A DNA stretch of 64,000 nt from a virus. The notes under the pieces were generated by a model. The model searched no databases. It was given only the letters and a program-made list of their open reading frames with translations, and had not been told where the DNA came from. Positions 29,720 through 39,574 of this stretch are shown piece by piece. A program made the position numbers and the translations under genes. Position 1 is the stretch's first letter; each line of letters opens with the position of its first letter. The stretch lies in IMG/VR virus record IMGVR_UViG_3300036985_006490, positions 98,813-162,812 of that record; one strand, 5' to 3'.

Positions 29720-30341
29720 CCCACTTACCAGTTCCGTAATGTGGGTATTTGGATTTGTATTGATACCAAATTACGTCGTTCGGTATATCTTTTTTTATGT
29801 TATTCCATGTTGTCTCTGTTGGAGTGTAGGTCGAAACTCCGTTATCTTCCACCACAAAATAAAGTGGTAAATCAAAGTTTCTCGCATACTTATGTATTTC
29901 ATAAAATATTCCACTTTCAAAACTCATGTCACCAACAAATACCCACACCTTTTCATCACCACCATTTTGTTTGATACTCATAGCAACACCTAAGGCAATT
30001 GATAGTGTCCCTCCAACAATTGCCGAAGAGTAAAACTTATCTTTTGGATTACAAATTGTAATCGATTTACCTTTTAAAATTTGGTCTTCTAACCAAATGG
30101 GACAAATACCTTTTACTAAAGCATGATAATGTGATCTCCAAGTAGAAAAAATCCAGTCAAATGGGCCTATTCTTTTAGAGATTTCTATCAACTGTTCTTC
30201 ATTACCATTTGATAAATGTACTGGCCCTCTAATTTTGCCACCTTCCCAATGGTTAACAATTAAATCCTCAAAATTTATTAAATCTTGTAAAGTTAATTTT
30301 TGTTCCCTTACTATTGGATAGTGTTCTAAATTTTTAATCAT
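29709..30341 (-). CDS. ThDP-dependent dehydrogenase E1-alpha-like subunit (short)
   Basis: GPVHLSNGNE, STWRSHYHAL, SAIVGG, GDM...EDN ThDP-binding motif. Confidence 0.85.
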   Translation of the reverse strand: MIKNLEHYPIVREQKLTLQDLINFEDLIVNHWEGGKIRGPVHLSNGNEEQLIEISKRIGPFDWIFSTWRSHYHALVKGICPIWLEDQILKGKSITICNPKDKFYSSAIVGGTLSIALGVAMSIKQNGGDEKVWVFVGDMSFESGIFYEIHKYARNFDLPLYFVVEDNGVSTYTPTETTWNNIKKDIPNDVIWYQYKSKYPHYGTGKWVAF

Positions 30342-30910
30342 TTGTCTTTCATTTGAAGTATCGGGTTATTTGACGGCCACTCTATATTCCATTTTGAGTC
30401 ATTCCATTTTGCCACTCCGTGGTTTATTGAATCGACATATTCTCCTTTGTAAAACATATTATAATGAAACACACAATCAGTTAATGCGTAGTGCCCATTT
30501 GCAAAACCTGGCGGAATTAAAACTTGGTCTCTATTTTTTTCTGAAATTAAAAACGAATCCCATTTTCCATAGTTAAGTGAATCCTTTCTTATGTCCAACA
30601 CAACTAAATATATGTCACCGACTAACGCTTGTACTAGTTTCCATGTCTTGTCATCGTAATGCAAACCTCTTAAAACTCCTTTGTATGATTTTGAGAATCT
30701 TCCATGAATAGAGAGTTCGTTTTTATCGTAGTGAATTTTACTCATCACAGGATGGTCTTCAGAATGATAGGTTGTAAAAATTTCACCCCTGAATTCTCTG
30801 AATATAGATGGAGTATAGACAGGAACTTCGTATCCAAAAATTTTAGATGGTCTTACGTCAAAATCGTTCCATTTTTTTTCATTCATAAATTCTATTTTTT
30901 TTTCATTCAT
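30338..30910 (-). CDS. rmlC: dTDP-4-dehydrorhamnose 3,5-epimerase-like cupin
   Basis: RG, S.KGVLRGLHY, KLV, IPPGFANGH, WND...IEWP; start taken at the ATGA overlap. Confidence 0.85.
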   Translation of the reverse strand: MNEKKIEFMNEKKWNDFDVRPSKIFGYEVPVYTPSIFREFRGEIFTTYHSEDHPVMSKIHYDKNELSIHGRFSKSYKGVLRGLHYDDKTWKLVQALVGDIYLVVLDIRKDSLNYGKWDSFLISEKNRDQVLIPPGFANGHYALTDCVFHYNMFYKGEYVDSINHGVAKWNDSKWNIEWPSNNPILQMKDK

Positions 30911-31650
30911 AAATTCCAATGTTTTTTTCTAATTTCATAGACATCAAATGGTTCTCTTTTCATTTGCCCACCCTGTCTTAGTTTTGACTTAATTGTTTTA
31001 TAACTCATAACAATCGATCTTCTATAATTTTTACTATTATTATCCTCGGAACCGTGTACTAAATAATCGTGAGTAAATAAAACATCACCAGATTTACATT
31101 CGTGATATATTTTTTTAAAATTATGATTTTGTGGCATCACACATCCCTTACCTCTTTCGTTTTTCCAAAATGTTGGGTTTGTTTTTATTCTTTCCTCGTC
31201 AATTTCAATGGGTAGTATAGGTAAAAAGTGTGATGATTCGTATGACCACAGACACCCATTTGACTGGTCACTATCATCTAAACAAAAAATTACATTTATT
31301 GAATTTCCCCAACCAGATTCAGTATAAAAACTATCTTGATGTGCGTCTCTTCCCAATTCGCCAGGCGGTTTAAAATATGCCAGACTTTGTATTCCTTCAA
31401 TTTTATTGTTTAATATAGTCTCAAGAATTTCAATCACTTTAGGATGTCCAAAATATTTTAAAATTAATTCAGATTCTTTATGCGGGTGCGAATATATTCC
31501 ATATTCACCCCATGAGGAATCTTTTTTATTTCTTTGAATTCTTAGATTACTTAATTCGTTATTAATCTCATCAACATCATTTTGTGATAAGATATTATTT
31601 ACTAAATAACCCTTATATTTCCAATCAAAAATTTTTTTTTCGCTTAACAT
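30907..31650 (-). CDS. PhyH-family 2OG dioxygenase
   Basis: FKPPG..HQD, NGCL...SH, GDVLF...VHGS..N...R. Confidence 0.9.
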   Translation of the reverse strand: MLSEKKIFDWKYKGYLVNNILSQNDVDEINNELSNLRIQRNKKDSSWGEYGIYSHPHKESELILKYFGHPKVIEILETILNNKIEGIQSLAYFKPPGELGRDAHQDSFYTESGWGNSINVIFCLDDSDQSNGCLWSYESSHFLPILPIEIDEERIKTNPTFWKNERGKGCVMPQNHNFKKIYHECKSGDVLFTHDYLVHGSEDNNSKNYRRSIVMSYKTIKSKLRQGGQMKREPFDVYEIRKKHWNL

Positions 31651-31660
31651 AAGATATTTT

Positions 31661-32071
31661 TTATTCCCAACTAATACCCCAATCTTTAAATTCTGAGGCT
31701 AAACAATCTGTTTTATAATCTTTTCTACCACCAACAACTTCTTGTATTTTATTTTTGGCAGTATTTCTAACACCGTTTAATCCGTGCGTTAATTCCAAAT
31801 TAATATTCTCAGTCTTACCATATTTTCTATAGTTGGACTCGTTGTGCCAAATGTGTAAGTTTGTTTGTGCCAAAACAACAATCGAACGAATCGTCTCAGC
31901 GTCAACAATTCCTTTATTTTCTTGAAGTATCAAATCAATATCATGTTTAATATCTCTAATTTCTTGAGCATATTCCTCTTTGTGTTCAGGAATAAAAACT
32001 TCTTTTAGTTGCGAAATGCTCATTCTATCAATTAACTCAGCTAGTGTGGGCAAGTATTTTCTTTTCTCCAT
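31661..32071 (-). CDS. Hypothetical helical protein within the sugar cluster
   Basis: TLAELIDRMSI.QLK...N..IW..E...N..R...KN.I; intact ORF in the operon. Confidence 0.6.
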   Translation of the reverse strand: MEKRKYLPTLAELIDRMSISQLKEVFIPEHKEEYAQEIRDIKHDIDLILQENKGIVDAETIRSIVVLAQTNLHIWHNESNYRKYGKTENINLELTHGLNGVRNTAKNKIQEVVGGRKDYKTDCLASEFKDWGISWE

Positions 32072-32072
32072 T

Positions 32073-33083
32073 TTATCTATTTAGAAATTTACGACCTTTA
32101 TTTATTCTATCTCTCCAATAATCCAACAGGTCGTCCATTGTTTCATTAAAAGGTATTTTTGGTTCCCATCCAGTTAATTCTCTGAATTTTGTTGTGTCGG
32201 GTATTTGTAAATCCGCATCTATTGGCCTTAACCTGTTTGGGTCAACAACAATTTCAATTTCATTTTTCATAAATGATTTGGATATAAGATATTTCAAAGT
32301 GTCTTCAACTTTACAAGTATAATCTCCTCCAATATTATAATATTCACCAGGTGATGGATTGATAGTCAATAACATCCAATACGCTTTGACCGCATCTCTT
32401 ACGTCGGCATATGTTCTAAGTGAATCCAAATTACCAACAAATATTTTTGGTTCCTGTAATCCATATTCTATCATTGCAATTTGTTTCGCAAATGTAGATT
32501 CATGAAATACATCCCCTCTTCTCGGACCTGTATGTGTAAACATTCTGGTTGTCATTACATTCATTTTATACGCCTCACCATAGTATCTACCAATCAAATC
32601 AGTTCCAACTTTAGAAATAGCATATGGAGATGCTGGATGTAATGAACACTCTTCATTAATCGGCAATTTATCTTTACTAACCCTCCCAAATATCTCACTT
32701 GAAGCACAAACATGTATCATTGCATCTCTATATGGTGACTTTCTTAACGCTTCTAATAGATTAGCAGTACCGATGATATTTGTTTGTAATGTTTCGATTG
32801 GAGAATCAAAACTTGTTTGAGGATAAGATTGTGCCCCAAGATGAAAAACATAATTAGGTTTAGAAATGTCTATTGCATTAACAATTGAACTAAAATCATT
32901 CATGTCTCCATAGATTAATTTAACTCTTTCGGTATTGTTGATGATTTCAGTCAAATGTTCAATGTTATCCATAGAGTCATTCCATCTACAAAAACCATAA
33001 ATTTTTACATTCGGTTTCTCCAAAAGAAAATCAACCATATGGGAACCAACCATACCCAAAACACCTGTTATTAATATATTCAT
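32073..33083 (-). CDS. gmd: GDP-mannose 4,6-dehydratase-like
   Basis: ITGVLGMVGSH, HLGAQS, SSEIFG, SPYAISK, FTHTGPRRG, GNLDSLR. Confidence 0.8.
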   Translation of the reverse strand: MNILITGVLGMVGSHMVDFLLEKPNVKIYGFCRWNDSMDNIEHLTEIINNTERVKLIYGDMNDFSSIVNAIDISKPNYVFHLGAQSYPQTSFDSPIETLQTNIIGTANLLEALRKSPYRDAMIHVCASSEIFGRVSKDKLPINEECSLHPASPYAISKVGTDLIGRYYGEAYKMNVMTTRMFTHTGPRRGDVFHESTFAKQIAMIEYGLQEPKIFVGNLDSLRTYADVRDAVKAYWMLLTINPSPGEYYNIGGDYTCKVEDTLKYLISKSFMKNEIEIVVDPNRLRPIDADLQIPDTTKFRELTGWEPKIPFNETMDDLLDYWRDRINKGRKFLNR

Positions 33084-33799
33084 ATCATAAATTTTTTATA
33101 CAAATATTCAGAAAACAACTCGTTCATTCTATAACTCCAATGTGTGTCATTCTCTAAACCATATTCACCATTGGATTGATAAAACACGTCCCTATGTGTT
33201 TCCCATTCACCAATTTTTTTTGTTAATATATCTTTGTCTTCTATAACATAAGATTTAAAATCCATATTATCCCAAGAAAATATGAATTTTTTTCCATTAG
33301 TCAACGTATACAGTGATTCAATTATTTCGATTTGATTTAATTGGTTCGCTTTAGAACCATTTATTATTTCTTGTGTCCTTAACTCTTTTTCAAATTTTTT
33401 CCAATTATACTCTTTACCAAAAATTTCAATTTCAGTATCTACATTATTATAAGACGCGGTTCCGACAAATCTATTCACATAGTTTACCTCATTCCTTTCA
33501 AAAAATTGATAATCTTTTTCAGATAGTGGTAATCTAGTTCTATTAAAAAAGGGAATACAAATAACTAAATAGTCTTCAGATTCAATCAATGATAATATCT
33601 TAATCCAATTATCTATAATAGTCTGCGTATCTCGGCTTGGCTCTCCATCGCATATTAAGTTTGTGTTCAATTTACCTGAAAGGTCTTCCGCCCAAAAACA
33701 TTTGTTTTGATTTAATGGAGCGTTAACATAAAAACTATCTCGACAAAAACTATCCCCAATTATGAATAGATTATTCTTTATTTTCATTATACCATTCAA
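33080..33799 (-). CDS. SGNH-like protein (likely start MKIKN)
   Basis: IGDSF near the N-terminus; DTHWS near the C-terminus. Confidence 0.55.
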   Translation of the reverse strand: MNGIMKIKNNLFIIGDSFCRDSFYVNAPLNQNKCFWAEDLSGKLNTNLICDGEPSRDTQTIIDNWIKILSLIESEDYLVICIPFFNRTRLPLSEKDYQFFERNEVNYVNRFVGTASYNNVDTEIEIFGKEYNWKKFEKELRTQEIINGSKANQLNQIEIIESLYTLTNGKKFIFSWDNMDFKSYVIEDKDILTKKIGEWETHRDVFYQSNGEYGLENDTHWSYRMNELFSEYLYKKFMI

Positions 33800-34727
33800 T
33801 GGTTTCTTTGATGCCCTCTTCGAAAGTATATTTTGGATTAAATCCTAATTCATTTTTTATTCTATCGGTACTAACCGCTCTAAATGGTATTGTAGTTGGT
33901 TTTGAGTCGTCCCATATAATATCAAGATTTTTACCCGTAACTGTTAGTATGGTATTCAATATTTCGCCAATTGTAATTCCATTTCCATACCCTAAATTAT
34001 ATGGTTTCATAGATTCTCCTTTTTCCAAAATCAATAAGGCTCCATTCACAACATCCTTTACATATAAAAAATCCCTTACAACATCAGGACTTCCCCACGC
34101 GGTAAATGGATTCTCATCACTAAGTACTCTTTTAATTAATGCGGGAACAACATGACAAGTTTTTAAATTAAAATTATCATGTGGGCCAAATATTGCCGTA
34201 CATCTTGCAAGTGCAATTTCTAAACCTGAGAATTTTGATACATGTTCCATTAACTTTTCCCTATATCTTCTCATCCAACCATATCCATAGTATGATGTGT
34301 AAGGGTCATCAACCCAATATTCATCTTCAGTTATTGGTTTTCGTATATCGGGATATCCTGTTGAACTATTTAAATCTAAAAATCTTTTTACTTTGTTTTT
34401 TACACAGGCATCTAATACATTGCCAATTAGATTTAATTGTTTAAGTGATATTTGTATATCGGTTGGTACTGAAGATGGATGAGCGACTTCTCCCGCACAG
34501 TGAATTACATAATCCGCTCCTTCAGTTAATTTAACACAGTCCTCTAGTTTCATTAAATCTATATCATGAAGAACTTGAATGTAATCATGTTCATATTGTA
34601 ATTGATTTCTATGTACATGTGTTCTAATATCCGCTCCCATTTCCACTAATTTCATTAGGAAATGTGTACCAATAAATCCAGACCCACCGGTTACTACTAC
34701 TTTTTTACCTTTTAAAAAATTTTCCAT
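33771..34727 (-). CDS. GDP-L-fucose synthase-like NAD(P)-dependent epimerase/reductase
   Basis: VTGGSGFIG, FGPHDNF...HVVPALI, WG...RDFLYV; YxxxR instead of YxxxK. Confidence 0.8.
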   Translation of the reverse strand: MENFLKGKKVVVTGGSGFIGTHFLMKLVEMGADIRTHVHRNQLQYEHDYIQVLHDIDLMKLEDCVKLTEGADYVIHCAGEVAHPSSVPTDIQISLKQLNLIGNVLDACVKNKVKRFLDLNSSTGYPDIRKPITEDEYWVDDPYTSYYGYGWMRRYREKLMEHVSKFSGLEIALARCTAIFGPHDNFNLKTCHVVPALIKRVLSDENPFTAWGSPDVVRDFLYVKDVVNGALLILEKGESMKPYNLGYGNGITIGEILNTILTVTGKNLDIIWDDSKPTTIPFRAVSTDRIKNELGFNPKYTFEEGIKETIEWYNENKE

Positions 34728-34728
34728 A

Positions 34729-35700
34729 CTAATGATTCACAAATGGATTATATCGTTTATCTAAAATGTCTTTGTTGTTCAAAAACCACTCTGTAGTTTT
34801 TTTAACACCCTCTTCCAATGAAGTATAACTTTTGAATCCGTATTTATTCATCTTATTCATACTCATCAATCTTTTTTTATCCCCACTCGGTACATCAGTC
34901 AACCATTTGACATCAATATCTTTTCCCGAATGTTTAATAACTAATTCAACAAGTTCTTTAATTGAATTACCTTCACCCGATCCTAAATTAACTGGCTCCG
35001 TAATTTTATTTTCAACAGTAAAAATCATTCCTTTTGCAACATCTTCAGCATGAATGAAATCTCGAATCGGTGACCCATCTCCAAATACCTCTAAAACATC
35101 GTTCTCCTGAGCTTTACGTATCAATGAAGGTACAACCATCGCATTAGCTGGATTAAAGTTGTCATACGGTCCATAAACGTTTGCAGGCCTAACTATAGAT
35201 ATCCTGTCCCACCCATATTGTTTAGAATATGTTTCGGTCTGTAATTCTCCGATTCTTTTTGCCCATCCCGCATACATATCATTTGGTGATGGAAATGACC
35301 CCCATACACTTTCCTCATAAAAAATTTCAGATGGTGCATATACCCCCACCGAACTTGTAAACAAATACCATTTAACATCAGATTCAAACGCCGCTTGAGT
35401 CATATTAGTATTGAATTGTAACATAGGAACCATAAAATCAACTGGTTGATTCATACACATCTGAGGAGAACCTTTTACACCCGCTAAGTGAAATACATAA
35501 TCTTTACCTTTACAAATGTCCAAACAATTATCAAAGAATCTTAAATCTGTCTTAACAAACTCAACATTTTCAGGTAAATCTTCTGGCTCTGTCAAATCAG
35601 CGATAGTGACTTTGGCCCCTCTCATCATTAACTTTTTAACAAGCTGTCTTCCAATCATTCCTGATCCGCCTGTGACTAATACTTTTTGATTGTTAAACAT
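34729..35700 (-). CDS. GDP-L-fucose synthase / ColC-like reductase
   Basis: VTGGSGMIG, RPANVYGPYDNF, GDGSPIRDFIH. Confidence 0.8.
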   Translation of the reverse strand: MFNNQKVLVTGGSGMIGRQLVKKLMMRGAKVTIADLTEPEDLPENVEFVKTDLRFFDNCLDICKGKDYVFHLAGVKGSPQMCMNQPVDFMVPMLQFNTNMTQAAFESDVKWYLFTSSVGVYAPSEIFYEESVWGSFPSPNDMYAGWAKRIGELQTETYSKQYGWDRISIVRPANVYGPYDNFNPANAMVVPSLIRKAQENDVLEVFGDGSPIRDFIHAEDVAKGMIFTVENKITEPVNLGSGEGNSIKELVELVIKHSGKDIDVKWLTDVPSGDKKRLMSMNKMNKYGFKSYTSLEEGVKKTTEWFLNNKDILDKRYNPFVNH

Positions 35701-36913
35701 CGTTTAATACTTTAGTAAGGTTTATAATTTGTTCATCGGTAAGGTCTGTATGATTACCAATGTACAATGAATAGTTGTGTACATAATTAACATTGTTCAA
35801 TTCCCCAACAACTCGATAGTCATATTTCTCTAAATAAGGTTGTAACACTTGATTTCCACCACCCGAAGTTCCTAATCTATACTCGACATCCTCTAAAAAT
35901 AAAATGTCACACACACTATCAAAATCATCATTAATATGAAATCTATCTTTATAATCTTCTTTTATAATTAACGGTAAAGCAAAATTACTGTTACCATCTA
36001 AATTAAATTCAGTTACAAATTTATTTTTGTTTAAATGGTTTAACCATACATTTAAATTATGTCTTCTTTTTTCAACATTGTAATCAATTCTCTTCATTTG
36101 TTCAATGCCTAATACAGCATTCATTTCTGTACTTCTCATATTAAAACCAGGTACAACAAAAGTGAAAAGAGGATTTAAATTTGGATATTCCTTTTGATAT
36201 TGAATTTGTGTTTCTTTTGAAACTTCTCTAGTCATTCCGTGTGATCTGAATAGTTTAGCCAATTCATTTATTTTTTCATTGTTTGTCGATATCATTCCAC
36301 CTTCAACGGTTGTTATATGATGTCCAAAGAAAAAAGAAAAAACAGAAATATCACCAAATGAGCCAACTTTTTTCCCGTTGTAACATGCTCCATGTGATTC
36401 ACAACAGTCTTCTATTAAAATTATATTTTTATCTTTAGCGATTTGTATTAATTCATCATCAATAGCATTGAACCCCAAACAATGTACAATTACGATTGCT
36501 TTGGTTTCGTCAGTGATTGCTTGTTTAATGTTCTCTGTCGTTATTGATAGGTTATCTAGCGATATATCAACAAAAACAGGCTTCATTCCAAGTTGTACTA
36601 TGGATGAAACATCTGACACCCAACCGAGTGGTGGTACAATAACCTCACCAATTCCAAGTAATTCTTTTACTATAGCAATTGAAATATAATTTCCTGAAGA
36701 TCCAGAATTTAACATTGTGGAACTTTTGACCCCTAACCAATTCGACCAAATTTTTTCAAATTCTTTTACCTTTTCACCATTCGTTAGTCTTTGATTTGAT
36801 AATAAAAACTCACTGAGTGCAACTCTATCTGAATTTGAAATATTGTCGTTTATAAGTGGCCATTTATAATTTAGCTTCATATCTATAGTATAATAAAAAA
36901 AATTAGGTTTCAA
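35693..36913 (-). CDS. ColD/RfbH-type PLP-dependent NDP-4-keto-6-deoxyhexose 3-dehydratase (likely start MKLNY)
   Basis: DegT fold with EDCCESHGA and FSFFFGHHITTVEGG; His replaces the aminotransferase Lys. Confidence 0.8.
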   Translation of the reverse strand: MKPNFFYYTIDMKLNYKWPLINDNISNSDRVALSEFLLSNQRLTNGEKVKEFEKIWSNWLGVKSSTMLNSGSSGNYISIAIVKELLGIGEVIVPPLGWVSDVSSIVQLGMKPVFVDISLDNLSITTENIKQAITDETKAIVIVHCLGFNAIDDELIQIAKDKNIILIEDCCESHGACYNGKKVGSFGDISVFSFFFGHHITTVEGGMISTNNEKINELAKLFRSHGMTREVSKETQIQYQKEYPNLNPLFTFVVPGFNMRSTEMNAVLGIEQMKRIDYNVEKRRHNLNVWLNHLNKNKFVTEFNLDGNSNFALPLIIKEDYKDRFHINDDFDSVCDILFLEDVEYRLGTSGGGNQVLQPYLEKYDYRVVGELNNVNYVHNYSLYIGNHTDLTDEQIINLTKVLNDV

Positions 36914-37641
36914 AGGTTATTAATTGATTTATTTAAAATCAAATCCAATAAATGTGGAGAGATATTGATTGGATTATGTAATCCAAATGTATTAGGATGA
37001 AATAAAGTTTCATTACTAAATTTCATTGCGGTTTCAATATCAGGTAAATTATGTTCATCTAGCCATTTAACAAAAAAAATATCTTCCCACCTTGGCTCAT
37101 AATCTTTATGATTTTTGGTTATTTCTAACATAACATCTTTAGTTCTTAATGATAGTCCTCCATTACCTATAAATCTATTTTCTTTTGGTTTTGACCATGG
37201 TGCCCCTATATAGTCATAGTCTAAAAATTCATCAATTCCGAATCGTAGTAGTAAAGTATCTAGTTGAAATGTTAGTATTTTTTCCCCCTCAACAAGTGAC
37301 CAAAAATCATTAGATTTTATATATTGGTTATATTCTATTTTAGTAAAATCTTTGACTCCTGTATTAACATATTTTACATTCTTAATATCTTTTAAGATAT
37401 CGTATACATACTCTCTATTGTCAATACCATGAAAAACTTGTAACCCCCATTTTATATTTGAATTAGTTTCATTTAGAAAAAATAAATGATTTTTTATAAT
37501 TGATAACATTTTGGGGTCAATTCTTGGCTCAACTATAACAGCATAGTAATTGGTTTCAGATGGCAACGTGGGAGTATACTTACCAATTTTTTTTATAAAA
37601 TCATTCAGATATTTTTCAATTAAATAATGTTGAGTTGTCAT
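36910..37641 (-). CDS. DUF5672-like putative glycosyltransferase
   Basis: FQLD, YDYIGAPW, GNGGLSLR, EDIFF, FS.E. Confidence 0.8.
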   Translation of the reverse strand: MTTQHYLIEKYLNDFIKKIGKYTPTLPSETNYYAVIVEPRIDPKMLSIIKNHLFFLNETNSNIKWGLQVFHGIDNREYVYDILKDIKNVKYVNTGVKDFTKIEYNQYIKSNDFWSLVEGEKILTFQLDTLLLRFGIDEFLDYDYIGAPWSKPKENRFIGNGGLSLRTKDVMLEITKNHKDYEPRWEDIFFVKWLDEHNLPDIETAMKFSNETLFHPNTFGLHNPINISPHLLDLILNKSINNL

Positions 37642-38264
37642 ACTTTATCTGTAATACTCTCATATACGTATTGCCCAATTATTTTGTACCCGAGAAGATT
37701 TGGGTGGTAATCTCCTTCGTAAAAATTTTGTTCGTCATTCCATACTAATCTACTATTGTGTTCCCAAACAGATATATCATTATTTAGTTCATACTCTTTT
37801 AATACGTCTGAAACGGTTTTATTTGGATTTATAAAACAAGATGATAGTTCATTTACGTCAATTTCTGTTTCATATTTAAATGTTGGGAAAAACGAATTAA
37901 AATAAAAACGCTTATAACTACTAAGGATATTCTCAATTTTATTATACACCTCAATAACCGTATAGGTATCTCCAGTATATCGATATGGGTAAGAAAACAT
38001 AACAATAATAATATCCGTTTTTTCAATAAAATTATTTTTTATAGATTCCTCAATTTCACGAAAAATATATTCGTTCCCATAACCACAAACACCCATATTT
38101 ACATATTCAATACCACCTAATTTTTCCGATGTCCATCTTGGCCAAGAATTTTGGTTTCTAAGTTTTTCAATAAAAATGGGAGCATTTGCGGTTTCTTTAT
38201 ATTCAGTATTATTTTCAATTCCATGACCCGCAGTCCAACTATCACCAAAACAAATTAATCTCAT
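37638..38264 (-). CDS. SGNH-like protein
   Basis: FGDSWTAGHG, SWP, NMGVCG.GN, DYHPNLLGY. Confidence 0.7.
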   Translation of the reverse strand: MRLICFGDSWTAGHGIENNTEYKETANAPIFIEKLRNQNSWPRWTSEKLGGIEYVNMGVCGYGNEYIFREIEESIKNNFIEKTDIIIVMFSYPYRYTGDTYTVIEVYNKIENILSSYKRFYFNSFFPTFKYETEIDVNELSSCFINPNKTVSDVLKEYELNNDISVWEHNSRLVWNDEQNFYEGDYHPNLLGYKIIGQYVYESITDKV

Positions 38265-39574
38265 GACATGATTGTTTTAAAAAATTCATAATCATCATTG
38301 TTATTTTTGATTTCACTAATAATTTTTTGATTATTTATTAATCTATGAGTATTCTGTTTATAGAATTTTATAACATCTTCTTTATTATTTTTTAGTCTAA
38401 TCACTTCATCAATCAACATTGTTATTCTATTACCTATATATTTTTCATTATCGTAATCATGATTAATTAAATCATCGTAAAAATCAAAACCATATTTATC
38501 TTTCATATATTTTATATGATTCTGAGTAGCGACAATCAAAGGTAAGTTATAGTATGCAAATGGCCTAAATGATTTTTCACTAATATGGATAACATTAAAA
38601 TCGTCTCTAAACTGAGATTCTGTTACAATATTCACATATGAATTCATATATGAAAAACTATCTTCAGGTATCAATAATCCACCCGACTCCATTGCGGCTT
38701 CTCCTAACTCAGGAAATTCATTTTTATCAAAAATTATTTCTCCATTTTCACTAAAATATTTTTTATTAACCTCATAATCACTTTCCTTTATTTTGATTGA
38801 AAAAAGTTTTTTTATTTCATTTTCACAACTGTTAACGATATCGATGGGTAAAGCCTCGTTCAACCAAACATAATCTTCGGGTGGTCGTATTTGGCCAGTA
38901 ACTAAAGACCAATTCACGTCGTCAATTAAATCACTTTTATGCAATAATGCTAATGTCGCATACCGGTGTGGCTTTGAAGACTTGTTATGACATATAAATA
39001 ATTTACCAGTTTTTTCAGTTATTAATGGTGGTTTAAAATCGGAAAAGATACTATTACTAGTAATTGGTATTAGTTGTAATTGATTAAACTGAATATTTCC
39101 ATTGTGGTTTAGATTATACATTTGAAAGTTTCCGTTATTATTCAATAACATAAAGTGATTATCATTTAAACCATTTTTGGCGATATAATCTTTTAATGCC
39201 ACATATCCCAACTCATCATCACTTTCATGTTCGGTTAAAAAAACAATTGTGAAATTATTGCAACTTCTCAAACAATTCAATACTTCATCAGAAAAGGAAA
39301 GTTTTCTTTCTTTAAACATCTCGTTAATAGATAAAGATGTTTTTATGAAAAAGTAGTAGTTTAAATTTTTATTCTCGTATACCTCTTGTATTTTATGAAA
39401 TGTTCTTGGGAGAGAATGTCTCTCATATTTTCCTAAACTATGGTAAAATCTTTCATAAAAATCAAAAAACCCATCTTCATATCTAAACCCATCCGATCCA
39501 AAAAATTCTGAACAATTAGGCAATGGATTATCTCCGTTCCACTTTTCAAAAACAAGTCTAATATTTTTATTCAT
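38261..39574 (-). CDS. Putative glycosyltransferase (repeated HR...IVTES...SEK..P family)
   Basis: FICHNK..KPHR, NIVTESQF, ISEKSFRP, GFDFYDDLINHDYD. Confidence 0.55.
   Translation of the reverse strand: MNKNIRLVFEKWNGDNPLPNCSEFFGSDGFRYEDGFFDFYERFYHSLGKYERHSLPRTFHKIQEVYENKNLNYYFFIKTSLSINEMFKERKLSFSDEVLNCLRSCNNFTIVFLTEHESDDELGYVALKDYIAKNGLNDNHFMLLNNNGNFQMYNLNHNGNIQFNQLQLIPITSNSIFSDFKPPLITEKTGKLFICHNKSSKPHRYATLALLHKSDLIDDVNWSLVTGQIRPPEDYVWLNEALPIDIVNSCENEIKKLFSIKIKESDYEVNKKYFSENGEIIFDKNEFPELGEAAMESGGLLIPEDSFSYMNSYVNIVTESQFRDDFNVIHISEKSFRPFAYYNLPLIVATQNHIKYMKDKYGFDFYDDLINHDYDNEKYIGNRITMLIDEVIRLKNNKEDVIKFYKQNTHRLINNQKIISEIKNNNDDYEFFKTIMS

Noticed and set aside
27962-30341. Pyruvate dehydrogenase as an auxiliary metabolic gene
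   Set aside because: Both subunits are truncated, E2/E3 are absent, and they lie among sugar genes.
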